Both the position numbers and the translations under genes were made by a program. A stretch of 39,221 bases of DNA, taken from Octopus bimaculoides (lineage: Eukaryota). The notes under the pieces are model-generated. The model was not told where the DNA came from, ran no database searches, and saw only the letters and a list, made by a program, of their open reading frames with translations. The stretch covers positions 53,743,221 to 53,782,441 of the forward strand of contig NC_068982.1 in NCBI RefSeq assembly GCF_001194135.2, read 5' to 3'. The first letter of the stretch is position 1. Every line of letters begins with the position of its first letter. Below, one piece after another: positions 23,114 through 34,590 of this stretch.

Positions 23114-24228
23114 TTCACGTTGACGTGCAGTTACTGTTTATACCTCATTCAGAGATTTAACATATATATATATAAGTATATATATGTATGTATGTGTATA
23201 TATATATGGTTANNNNNNNNNNNNNNNNNNNNNNNNNNNNNNNNNNNNNNNNNNNNNNNNNNNNNNNNNNNNNNNNNNNNNNNNNNNNNNNNNNNNNNNN
23301 NNNNNNNNNNNNNNNNNNNNNNNNNNNNNNNNNNNNNNNNNNNNNNNNNNNNNNNNNNNNNNNNNNNNNNNNNNNNNNNNNNNNNNNNNNNNNNNNNNNN
23401 NNNNNNNNNNNNNNNNNNNNNNNNNNNNNNNNNNNNNNNNNNNNNNNNNNNNNNNNNNNNNNNNNNNNNNNNNNNNNNNNNNNNNNNNNNNNNNNNNNNN
23501 NNNNNNNNNNNNNNNNNNNNNNNNNNNNNNNNNNNNNNNNNNNNNNNNNNNNNNNNNNNNNNNNNNNNNNNNNNNNNNNNNNNNNNNNNNNNNNNNNNNN
23601 NNNNNNNNNNNNNATTAAGGTACATTTTAAAAAATAACGTCGACCACTAACGTGGACAATTAATGCGCTAGAAATAGATCACATCTTGTGTCTATTAAAA
23701 CCTAAATTGTTCTCAACATGAAATATAGCAGCATACCAAAAACGTGAGCGGGCAAGACATTTAAAATCACCTAAACAAGCATTATTAAACAGGAACTAGT
23801 TTCGGATTTAACAAATTCTTACCATTTGTCTATTCCTCATCAGCCTGATTTGTAATGAGCCGTAATCATCAGAATCGTATACAGAGTTGCCCACCGCCAT
23901 TGGTGCGCGTGCATATGGTTCTGTATATATATGTGTATGATATATATACATAAACTAATGAATTCAGCGGGATACACCGTCTGCAAGTAGTTGGGTTCAG
24001 CATATTATCCTCCATTTTCTAATTGTTATACATCACACATATATATAGGTATACATATATGTATATTTAGTATATGAATATATATGTATAGTATAAACCA
24101 TATATATAAATTATGCTTTGACGTCGTATGTATATTTGTGTGTGTATGTATACGTGTGTGCATGTCTACGTGGACGTATGGGTGTGTGTGTGTATGCACC
24201 TGGGTGCATGTGTGTGTGTGTGTTGCCT

Positions 24229-24425
24229 TGTGTTTGTCCCTACCCCCACTGCTCGACAGTCGGAACTGGTTTTGTTTACGTACCCTTAACGTAGCGGCTC
24301 GGTAACAGATAAACCGAAAGAATTAGTAGCAGACTTAGAAAATAAGTACTGAGGTTGATTAGTTCGACTAATTCCTCGATGGTGGTGTCCTAACATGGCT
24401 GCAGACCAAGGACTGTAAAAGATAA
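24229..24425 (+). mobile_element. Diverged 3' half of SINE family A
   Basis: tgtttgtccc...cgacagtcgg..tggt..tgtttacgt.ccc.taac.tagcgg.tcgg...gttcgactaa...atggctgcag matches the 3' module of the copy at 31445-31881. Confidence 0.7.
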
Positions 24426-25083
24426 AGTATAATGTGGAGAAACTGCAGGGCACACATGAAATCCATACTTTCAGGAACTGAAAACATGTAGTGATAAAGA
24501 AACGGTATAAATCGATGCGACGAGCTCTTGCTTATGGCTTTAGACCTGTACACGTTATAGCCTTAGAAATTCTGATTATTGTCAGCACATCAGGATTGCA
24601 ATTTAATGATTTTCGGATTTATCAACAGAAACATAAATAAATTATCATGGTGGTGGAAGAGATTTTATATCTGGAGCAGTTTACATAAAATGAACCATAT
24701 TTGAGCAGGATTCCTCAAGATGCAGTCTCACGGTTGTTAATAAATATTTGCCCTCGTGATCTATTATTGCTTAATAGATCATTGCTTAAGAGTACTACTA
24801 GAAATTGAAGTTAGCTCAGTCGAAAGGGTAAATCTGTTGATATGAATGAAATTCTGGGTATGATTGCATTTTTCCTTCAGTACAATCAATAAGAGTACAG
24901 ATCCTAATGAGATGTGTCATAAATTTCTTAACAATTAGTTTCGTGTGCTACTGCATAGTCGTACGTAAATAACGCAACAGCATTATTGGAGATGCATGAC
25001 AATAAACCTCAAGGTTTCATAGAGCTTTAAAATTATACGCAATAGTAAACATTCTTCACAGTGCCCATTGATTTGAAGGCATA

Positions 25084-25320
25084 GTTATTTTCATTACTCT
25101 TTTACCCTTTTACTTGTTTCAGTCATTTGACTGCGGCCATGCTGGAGCACTGCCTTTAGTCGAACAAATCGACCCTAGGACTTATTCTTTGTAAGCCTAG
25201 TACTTATTCTATCGGTCTTTTTTGGCGAACCGCTAAGTTACGGGGACGTAAACTCACCAACATCAGTTGTCAAGCGATGGTGGGGGAACAAACAGACACA
25301 CAAATACATACATACATGAT
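25084..25320 (-). mobile_element. SINE family A, 3' half of a split minus-strand copy
   Basis: Reverse complement of the 3' module of 31445-31881, plus the central microsatellite. Confidence 0.9.
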
Positions 25321-25655
25321 GGCCGTCCACTCGTGACCGAGGAAGACCATTGCCGACCTTCAGAAACATTGTGTGCTCTAGGACTAACTTACATTTTGCA
25401 TTTGCGGCTCCGTTGGTGGCTAATGAGCCCTGCTCTTGATAACCATACTCGACTGCAAACATTGCAGATTAAGCTTTCCCCATTCACTATATGAGCCGTG
25501 TGCTTTCGCGCAGCTCCCTTAAGTTCTTCATGCTGGATACGTGCTCTCTCAAAAGTGTCTATCCCCTCCTTAACCTGCTTCCTCCATCTGTGGCGATGAC
25601 AGGCATTGTTCTCCCAGTCAGTGTCCTGCATATCACAGGCCTTTAATGATATCGC
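25318..25655 (-). mobile_element. 5'-truncated RTE (Bov-B-like) LINE 3' end
   Basis: ORF 25389-25631 reads ...DWENNACHRHRWRKQVKEGIDTFE...LICNVCSRVWLSRAGLISHQRS, the RTE C-terminus with a degenerate C2H2-type knuckle, followed by a short 3' UTR. Confidence 0.85.
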
Positions 25656-25836
25656 TTGACAACCGATATTGGTGTGTTTACGTCCCCGTAACTTAGCGAA
25701 ACGGTCAAAGAGGCCTATAAAATAAGTACTAGGCTTACAAAGAATAAGTCCTGGGGTCGATTTGTTCGACTAAAGCCAGTGCTCCAGATGGCCACAGTCA
25801 AATGACTGAAACAAGTAAAAGAGTAATGAAAATAAC
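25651..25836 (+). mobile_element. Inverted copy of the SINE A 3' half
   Basis: Reverse complement of 25084-25280, including the 22-nt terminal segment gttattttcattactcttttac. Confidence 0.9.
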
Positions 25837-25844
25837 ATACATAC

Positions 25845-25978
25845 ATGCATATACGACGGGTTTCTTTCAGCTTCCGTCTGCCAAATCCTCTCTCAAGGTT
25901 TTGGTCGGCCCGAGTCTGGAACTGAACCCGGAACCATGTAATTCGGAAGCAAGCTTCTTACTACACAGCCACTCCTGC
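25845..25978 (-). mobile_element. SINE family A, 5' half (head) of the split minus-strand copy
   Basis: tacgacgggtttctttcagcttccgtctgccaaatcc...ctgaacccggaaccatg...cacagcca is the reverse complement of the head of 31445-31600, with an internal deletion. Confidence 0.85.
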
Positions 25979-26259
25979 TAATATGTATTATTATATTTGT
26001 TATATTTAATTTTTATTGTTAAAATAATTTTTTAATAATAATATTTTTAAATGTATGTTAATTTTAAATAAATAGTATTTACGATTGGTTTGCTATACAG
26101 TAATTTAAGCAATTCAGTAAATTTTATGAAAGCTCCTGCAACATGCACCGTTTAATGCTGTTCACCTAAACCGTTCTTTTTTCTTCGCATAATCATTTGT
26201 ATGTTAGTCGAGCATGTTGCAAGTTGAGGAACACCTTCAATATCAATTCACTTATTGTT

Positions 26260-26655
26260 TTAACCACTACGCTTATAGAAGCTGAGTCCCTGGCACCATA
26301 ACTGTCGCAAGAAAACCTCCACTTTCCTACTTGTACCAAATTTTTGGATAATAACCAGACAGTCGTTCTTCAAAAGTTTTAAGTCTCCAGTTTGGAGACA
26401 ATTGAAAGCTGCTTCATAGAAGTTGCTTCTCTGAGCTGTGGCAACTGCTCTTCGTACTGTTGTGGAGATCGTATTCCTTGTCAGCTGTGCATACCTCAGT
26501 TCATCACTTTGAGATGCTCTGGCTTCTGTAGTGCACAATCTGTTCGTTTCTTGGTATGCTTCCCTTTCTGCAGCTGTCTCTCTTTCCCTGGACAGAGACA
26601 TTCTTTTGGCTGACCATGACATTGTAGACAAATTTGACACTTTCCTTCTAGGCAT
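26260..26655 (-). mobile_element. Helitron Rep/helicase N-terminal fragment (probable non-autonomous derivative)
   Basis: MPRRKVSNLS...SRERETAAEREAYQETNRL...RASQS...RRA...YEAAFN resembles the charged N-terminus of animal Helitron ORFs (MPRRKRSNL...RASQS...AAFxYD). Similarity stops after AAFN. Recognition from memory only. Confidence 0.6.
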
Positions 26656-27244
26656 GGTTATATACGTAAACAGAAATATACGGGTGCAGCAGATAGTAAA
26701 GAATGAAAATAACTGGGTAACGGAAATTATATTTTTTAATGCGACAGGCAGAAAGTAAATGAGAAATTTTTACGGAAAATAAAGAACTGTACGGGTTGAA
26801 GCGAAATGTCATTGACCCAAAGAGCCAGTATCGAAGGAACCAGATAGAGAGATATAGAGAGATAGAAATAAATAGAGAGAGATTGATAGAGAGATATAGA
26901 TAGAGAGATATAGACAGAGAGATATAGACGTCACTGACGCAGAGAATATTGCAGAGTAAAGTTTTTAAAGCTTTCAAAAACATGAATCTAATATAAAAGG
27001 TAATATTTAAAAAATCTTTTTCATGACCAATGGATGTGAAGAGAGACAATCAATTTCTGAAAGTTACTTCGCTAAGAGTTATCTCTATTCTCCGCGTAAC
27101 CCAGGAACGAATATTTTCTGCCCCCCAGGGGACCCGTTATTCATTATGTGAAAACTTTTAAGAGTCTAAAACCACCACTGGAACATAAGTAATATATGTT
27201 CCCAGTTTGGAGAAAATCAGTTGAAAAATACGGCCGTTATAATC

Positions 27245-27302
<58 letters not shown>

Positions 27303-27352
27303 CGGGATTCATGCTGTAGATATATACAAAGAGAGAGAGATAGATGCACGCA

Positions 27353-27510
27353 TACGACGGGTTTCATTCAATTTCTGTCTACCAAATTCACTCACAAGGT
27401 TTTGCTTGGCCGGCTCGAGACTATAATAGAAGACACTTGCCCAAGCTGCCGCGCAGTGAGACTGAACCCAAACCACATGGTTGGGTAACAAGCTTCTTTA
27501 TCACACAGCC
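27353..27510 (-). mobile_element. SINE family A, 5' half
   Basis: Reverse complement of the SINE A head (gacacttgcccaag...gactgaaccc...cacacagcc). Confidence 0.85.
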
Positions 27511-27803
27511 GCGTATGTAACTGTGAGGAAGAAAATGAGATAAATGTTTACAGGTGTTGAACCGTTCACCCTAATGAGAATGCATATGGATTACCTTGTA
27601 TAAAAGAACCATCGTGTACATAGGTCATTACCTACGCTCCTGAAATTGTTTTGGTCATGGAGTCATACTTCGAGTGGGTTTGTTTACTGTGTGTATATAT
27701 GGTATGTGCACGTGTTTGTGTTTGTGTTCTTACATACATACATACATACATACATACATGTATATACATGTGTGTACGTGTGTGTGTGTTTGTATGTATG
27801 TAA

Positions 27804-27871
<68 letters not shown>

Positions 27872-27948
27872 CAGTATATGTATATGTATGTATGTGTGTA
27901 TGTAAATGTGTTCACACACATATACTCATAAACAGTAACATATGTGTA

Positions 27949-27996
<48 letters not shown>

Positions 27997-28900
27997 CACA
28001 CATATATACATGCATAGACACACACACACGCACTCATATACGTATATGTATGTTACTGTGTGTATGTGTATATGGGTGTTTACACATTTAGACACACATG
28101 CACTGACATAAACGCAATCTCATAAATAACACTAAAACCCGAAACTGGTAAATCATGTACGCACGCACACTCACACATACACACACACACACGCACGCAC
28201 ACACATACACACACAAGCACACACATATATAGAACATACGTATACACGCACATACGTACGTAAGTACGTATGTACGGTACGCACGCACACGCTTTCTCGC
28301 TCATAAAATACATGTAAAAATCTGAACAGGTAAATCAGTAAGCAGGTGAACAAACAGTTGATATGATATAAGGGCCAATGACCAAAACTAACCAAACAGA
28401 TGTGTACATATTAGGTGTTAGGCTCAGGATATTTGATATGGACATCACCTGTGAAAGAAGGATCTATATTGCAGTTGACGCTGCTGTTAATGATCTCTCG
28501 GTAAATTGGTAACGCTTCAGCAGAAAAGAGGAATCAAATTCCAAGCTTGTTTCTTATTGTTTAATTCTTATGTTTTATATTTATTTACTTACTTATTGCA
28601 TTTATTTATTTATCTTTAGTTTTTCTATTTTTACATGTTTGTTTATTTACCTAACCTTATATAGATTCTCTGATACGTATAAATTTGTTTGTAGATTTTC
28701 TCTCTGTGAATTTAAATAGCATTTAGGTATCAACTACGTGTTTCTGGTTATTGTTGAGTTGTTTCGCTTTACTATTGCTGTTTGGCCCCCTAAGTCAGTT
28801 CTGATCGAGCAGAGACCTATGGTCCTAGTTATTTCAACCGTGACAAACTTTCTTGTATTTTTTCTTACTTTGTTTCTAAATTTCATGATGTCCAATACAT

Positions 28901-29253
28901 ACTCTTTTACTCATTTATTTGTTTCAGTCATTTGACTGCGGCCATGCTGGAGCACCGCCTTTAGTCGAGCCAATCGACCCTGGGACTTATTCTTTGTAAG
29001 CCTAGTACTTATTCTATCGGTCTGTTTTGCCGAACCGCTAAGTGACGAGGACATAAACACACCAGCATCGGTTGTCAAGCAATGCTAGGGGGACAAACAC
29101 AGACACACAAACACACACACATATACATATATATATATATATAGATATATACGACGGGCTTCTTTCAGTTTCCGTCTACCAAATCCACTCACAAGGCTTT
29201 GGTCGGCCCGAGGCTATAGGAGAAGACACTTGCCCAAGGTGCCACGCAGTGGG
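28901..29253 (-). mobile_element. SINE family A, nearly full copy running into a gap
   Basis: 3' module, microsatellite and 5' module, all matching 31445-31881 in reverse complement. Confidence 0.9.
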
Positions 29254-29589
29254 NNNNNNNNNNNNNNNNNNNNNNNNNNNNNNNNNNNNNNNNNNNNNNN
29301 NNNNNNNNNNNNNNNNNNNNNNNNNNNNNNNNNNNNNNNNNNNNNNNNNNNNNNNNNNNNNNNNNNNNNNNNNNNNNNNNNNNNNNNNNNNNNNNNNNNN
29401 NNNNNNNNNNNNNNNNNNNNNNNNNNNNNNNNNNNNNNNNNNNNNNNNNNNNNNNNNNNNNNNNNNNNNNNNNNNNNNNNNNNNNNNNNNNNNNNNNNNN
29501 NNNNNNNNNNNNNNNNNNNNNNNNNNNNNNNNNNNNNNNNNNNNNNNNNNNNNNNNNNNNNNNNNNNNNNNNNNNNNNNNNNNNNTATA

Positions 29590-29639
<50 letters not shown>

Positions 29640-29666
29640 CGTGCGTGTGTGTATGTCTTTGTGTCT

Positions 29667-29870
29667 GTGTTTGTCCCCCATCACCGCTTGACAACGTTGG
29701 TTGGTGTGTTTACGTCCCCGTAACTTAGCGGTTTGGCAAAACACACCGATAGAATAAACACCAAGCTTCAGAAAAAAAAAGTAATAACTGGGGTTGATTC
29801 ATTCAACTAAAAATTCTTCAAGGCAGTGCCCCAGTATGGCAACAGTCTTATGACTGAAACAAGTAAAAGA
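29667..29870 (+). mobile_element. SINE family A, 3' half
   Basis: tgtttgtcccc...cgcttgacaac...tttacgtccccgtaacttagcgg...gactgaaacaagtaaaaga. Confidence 0.85.
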
Positions 29871-30283
29871 TCAAAGATGAAAGAGATATTCTGAGACAGA
29901 CTTAAAACACCTTTGATCATGGACTCTGCACTATCAGAACAGATCTTGTCTTAAACATAAAAAATAACACAATAAGTGTTAAAATGTGTACCTTACATCC
30001 TTTCACGGTCAATAAAACAAAATAGCAGCCAAGTACTGATGTCAATTCCATTGACCTCGTCCTACTCACAAAATCTGCTGCCCTTGTATCTAAAGTTAAA
30101 ATCAATTAATCTGTGAACTATACTTCATACACACGACAAACTGCCTCCTGGGAGAACAATGTTTCTTAACGTGGGCAGTGACATTGCGGATTGGGAATTC
30201 ATATGGGAGCAGCAAATATCAAGAGAGCGTTATGGGGTGGGGGTGTTTAGAAGGATAGGGACTTTTTTCTTTTAGAAATAATA

Positions 30284-30449
30284 TACCGTATTTTAATGTG
30301 TGTAAGGAACTCTCTAAATTTTGGGGCTTAAAATTTGGAAAAAAAGGTTTTTTAAGGAATTGTGATACTATACACATATAAGAAACTCCCATGTTTTTTA
30401 ACCTAATTTTTGACAAAAATGGGTTCCTTTTACACGTTAAAATACGGTA
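30284..30449. mobile_element. 166-bp MITE with 25-bp terminal inverted repeats (Tc1/mariner-pogo type, TA ends)
   Basis: taccgtattttaatgtgtgtaagga (30284-30308) versus the reverse complement of 30425-30449, taccgtattttaacgtgtaaaagga: 22/25 identical. Both ends terminate in TA. Confidence 0.75.
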
Positions 30450-30463
30450 CATATCCCAGCGCC

Positions 30464-30662
30464 GAGCAAGTGTCTACTATAACCTCAGGTCGACCAAAGC
30501 CTTGTGAATGGATTTGGTAGACGGAAGCTGAAAGAAGCAGGTCGTATACATACATACATACATACATACATACATACATACATACATACATACACACATA
30601 ATACTTTGGTTTCTTTTACTTGTTTCAGTCATTTGACTGCGGCCATGATGGAGCACTACCTT
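30464..30662. mobile_element. SINE A fragments: + strand 5' module, (ACAT)n, then a - strand tail
   Basis: 30464-30548 matches the 5' module (+). 30612-30662 is the reverse-complement tail (tcttttacttgtttcagtcatttgactgcggcc). Confidence 0.8.
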
Positions 30663-30786
<124 letters not shown>

Positions 30787-30868
30787 TGGTGATAGAACAG
30801 TCAAACAGTAGTAGTCGTAGGTAAAAAGAATTTCAGAGTGATATGTGAATTGGAACACGAGGAGCTCA

Positions 30869-31149
30869 CAGTCACTGTGCCGCGGGCCAGTATTGGACCG
30901 TGGACCATTTGGTTCCGGTCTGCACAGACAGAGGATATTTTAAAATTTTATTTCTATTTTATTGACTATCACAGCCTGCAGAGTGTTTTGTTATGTACGT
31001 AATATATGTGTATTATATATGTAATAATCAAATGAAATATTACGCACTTTATTGTGTTTTGTTATGTGCGTGATCCCACTGGTGCGTGGGAAAATCTTTT
31101 TGGACGAAACCAGTCCGGTCCATGGTGCAAAAAACGTTGGGACCTGCTG
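30869..31149. mobile_element. hAT (Charlie/MER1-like) non-autonomous element
   Basis: Right end ggaaaatctttttggacgaaaccagtccggtccatggtgcaaaaaacgttgggacctgctg resembles the MER1/Charlie3 end GGAAAAATTGTCTTCCACGAAACCGGTCCCTGGTGCCAAAAAGGTTGGGGACCGCTG as I recall it. The left end (gccgcgggccagtattggaccgtgg...gcacag) resembles the other end but is degenerate. Confidence 0.65.
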
Positions 31150-31153
31150 GATT

Positions 31154-31215
<62 letters not shown>

Positions 31216-31444
31216 TTGATATGATAAGTGATTGGAGGAAGGCCGAGAGATGATGGAGTAGTATGCTAGCAGAGTAAAGTGAATATTGGTTAATGATAGG
31301 TGCACACAGCTGTAAAGAATCATACATACAGGCGTAATTGTATAGTCCTTTCAAGAAAACACACAAAGCGTCAAGTAGCGACAAAGGAACAAGATGGAGT
31401 AAGTTAAAGAAGGAAGTTAGGGAACTGGAAGGAAGTAAGTTCTC

Positions 31445-31881
31445 GAGTGGTTGTGTGGTAAGTAGCTTGTTTACCAACTACATGGTTCCGGGTTCAGTCC
31501 CACTGCGTGGCACCTTGGGCAAGTGTCTTCTACTATAGCCTCGGGCCGACCAAAGCCTTGTGAGTGGATTTGGTAGACAGAAACTGAAAGAAGCCCGTCC
31601 TATGTATGTATATATATGTATATATGTATGTGTGTATATGTTTCTGTGTTTGTTCCACCAACATCGCTTGACAACCGATGCTGGTGTGTTTACGTCCCCG
31701 TAATTTAGCGGTTCGGCAAAAAGAGACCGATAGAATAAGTACTAGGCTTACAAAGAANNNNNNNNNNAGAATAAGTACTAGGCTTACAAAGAATAAGTCC
31801 TGGGGTCGATTTCCTAGACTAAAGGCGGTGCTCCAGCATGGCCGCAGTCAAATGACTGAAACAAGCAAAAGAGTAAAGAGT
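31445..31881 (+). mobile_element. SINE family A, full-length reference copy (tRNA-like head, CORE-like segment, central microsatellite, 3' module)
   Basis: A-box-like tggttgtgtgg, B-box-like ggttcagtccc (31491-31501), then accttgggcaagt (resembles the start of the CORE-SINE domain), a (TATG)n/(TG)n centre, and a 3' module ending gactgaaacaagcaaaagagtaaagagt. Confidence 0.9.
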
Positions 31882-32390
31882 GTATACTGCTGGAGACTAA
31901 GGTTCATAACCGGAAAATGAGCCGTTAATTTCTAAGCTGTCAGTTGCTTTTGGACCATATAGAGAGCAGGCGAGAGAAATTGATGTAACAACAGGTATCC
32001 TATGTTGGGTGTGAACATTGACGTAATATTGTTTTACGGATGTTATGTTACGAATTATTGTGACAAAAATAAACTTGTGTTAGGACGCGATCAGTGGTCA
32101 GATGAAAGCTATTGTAACTCTTACCTTTCAGTAATATTACACAGACAGGTAATACACCTGTGTTGAGTTTCTACTACACCTACCATAGTTATTTTTTAAA
32201 GAAAAACAAACGCCCATATTTTGATTCTCTCTCTGTCTCATTTTACTTCTCTGTTTATCTCCTCTTCTTTTTCGCTTCTTCTCTTTCGTTTCTTTCTTTT
32301 AATTTTTTATTTAAGAAATTTAATATTGAATCTAAAATGTATGACATTAGAACGAAGCTGGTATAGAATGATGTGACTTCTCATATACCA

Positions 32391-32590
32391 GTGAGTTGGC
32401 AAAATCTTTGACATGCTGGGCAAAAAATTTTAACAGCATTTTTTCCAGCTTGAATGTTCCGAGTTCAAATTCCGCCGACGTCGATTGTGCCTTTCATCTT
32501 TCATGATCGATAAAAAAGAAGTGCCTGCTAAGGACTGGGGTAGATATAATCGACTAGCCCTCCCCAAAATTCAGGCATTGAGCACTTAGT
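32391..32590 (+). mobile_element. SINE family B copy
   Basis: gagttggcaaaatc...gagttcaaattccgccg...gcctttcatc...actggggtagatataatcgact. Confidence 0.8.
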
Positions 32591-33209
32591 AGAAGTATTT
32601 TTGTCAATGTTGCATCTTTTCAATACGTGATAAAGTGTTTATTTTCCAAAATATTACTGGTTCCCATTTTCTTTTTTCAGGAAGAAAGAGTAGTACCTAT
32701 GGTCTCCACTAACTCTTTGAAACTAGTCGGTGTGATGCAGCTGAGGTTCAGCATGATCTCCTCAAACTTAACGACTACAGGATATTCCAGAGTATTAATT
32801 CTCTTAGCAGGAAAAACGGTTCAAAGTAATTTGGCGGAAGTTATAAAATGCGTGACGAGAAAAAGAAGTTAAGTGTATTGAGAGGCTTGGTTTGAGGTGG
32901 TTTGTTGATACAGCAGAAATAAATAAGACAGAGCAAGAAGACATCATATCTGTGGATTACTGGTTGGAATGTGTTGGTGAGCGGAACCTTGTCAAGCAGC
33001 CGGATGGCTTTCATGTTTGATTAAAAGGTCAGCAGTTATTTAGAAATAAATTGTTTTCTGAATCTGAATTAAGAAACTTGTATTTGTGATGCAGGTTTTG
33101 CTGTGACATGAATATGAGCTCACCAAAAGCGTTCATCAGTGTTTCTGAGGCATATTATTTCTAGCATCTTGAGGATTTCAATGGCATTCTCCAAAAACAG
33201 AGAAGTTAA

Positions 33210-33605
33210 TGGCTGTGTGTTTAAGAAGCTCACTTTGCAACCACGTGATTTCAGGTTCAGTCCCACTGCATGAAATATTGGGCAACTAGCTTCTACTATA
33301 GCTCCGGGTCAACTAACGCTTTGTCAGTGAACTTGGTTCTTGGAAACTTTGAAGGAGCCCGTCGTGTATATATATGTGCGTGTATGAGTGTGTACGCGCG
33401 CGCGCATGTGTATATGAGTGTGTGTGCGCCTTTGTGTCTATTTTTTCTCCACTCCACTACTTGATAATCGGTATTAGTTTGTTTACGCATCTGTAACTTA
33501 GCGGTTCAGCAGGATACCGATAGAATAAGTACTTGACTTAAAAATTAAGTAGTAAGGTCGATTTGCTCGACTAAAATCCATAAAGTAGGTGCTCCAGTAT
33601 GGCTT
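33210..33605 (+). mobile_element. SINE family A, diverged full copy
   Basis: Head (ggttcagtcccactgc), central microsatellite and 3' module (taacttagcggttc...gatagaataagtact...gctccagtatggc). Confidence 0.8.
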
Positions 33606-33747
33606 TACACAATTATAAAAAGCAAGGTTGTTTTAATTTTATGGAAGATAGTTTCGAAGTGTCAGTTCATATTCGTCAAGGTTTGTGCATTTTTGGATGC
33701 TCACACTTTGACACAAACTCTGATGTATGTTTCTTCAGTGAGATTGT

Positions 33748-33840
33748 GGGTTCAGTCCCACTGCGTGTCACTTTGAGTAGAAGCTATTATTGCCGTAGGC
33801 TGACCAAAGCCTTGTGAGTGGACTCAGTAGACAGAAACTA
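33748..33840 (+). mobile_element. SINE family A, 5' fragment
   Basis: gggttcagtcccactgcgtgtcactttgag...gaccaaagccttgtgagtgga...gtagacagaaact. Confidence 0.75.
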
Positions 33841-34007
33841 GAGGGAAAGTGATGAGAATGAAGGGAAGGCCAAGAAATGTGAGAGAGGGTGGGAGCGAAT
33901 AGTGGAAAGAACGAAGAAAGTGTGAGGGGGACTAAAGGAAAGAGTAAAAGTTATATATATAGATATATATTATATATACATATGATAAATAATACATACA
34001 TACATGC

Positions 34008-34117
<110 letters not shown>

Positions 34118-34253
34118 ATATGTATATATGCATATATAGGTACAAGATGACACCAACGGTAAACAGCATGAAATACGAAAACAAATTAGCTCAAATGCGC
34201 AAACAACGAGAGAAACAAATGGAAAACAGGACAAGTAACATAAAGAACGATTC

Positions 34254-34590
34254 TGGCCACCTAACTTCCCAGACTGCAACCCCCTTAATTATTGTTGTGG
34301 GGGACGCAGTTGAGCGAGAGACCAGCAAAACTCCTTGTAACACCAAAACATGAACTGAAGGCAAGGATTATGGCAGCATTTACCAACTTAAACAAGGAGA
34401 CCGTCTGGAAGAGTTGCAGGAGATTCCGACGTTGTCTGAAAGGTGTAATTGACGCCAATAACTATTTTATTGAATAAATTTACTATTTAGTATTTCAAGA
34501 TATTTTTATGCAATTTTGGTAAATATATCCATTAAAATGAGATGTCAGTGTTATTTTCCTTTTTGCGTAATTTAGATACCGCACCCTGTA
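34254..34590 (+). mobile_element. 3' fragment of a Tc1/mariner (maT/DD37D-like) transposon with its terminal inverted repeat
   Basis: Frameshifted WPPNFPDCNPL...VERETSKTPCNT.HELKARIMAAFTNLNKETVWKSCRRFRRCLKGVIDANNYFIE*. Ends in ...accgcaccctgTA, the reverse complement of a TACAGGGTG-type TIR. Confidence 0.8.

Noticed and set aside
28400-28510. Open frame ...RIFDMDITCERRIYIAVDAAVNDLS followed by GTAAAT
   Set aside because: Could be an exon of an unknown gene, but there is no recognisable homology and the acceptor is weak.
31732-31793. 26-bp direct repeat flanking a 10-N gap inside a SINE
   Set aside because: Typical scaffolding artefact (unmerged contig overlap), not a target-site duplication.
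32627-32872. ORF behind a strong-looking acceptor (ttttcttttttcag|gaag)
   Set aside because: No recognisable product; the surroundings look like decayed repeat sequence.
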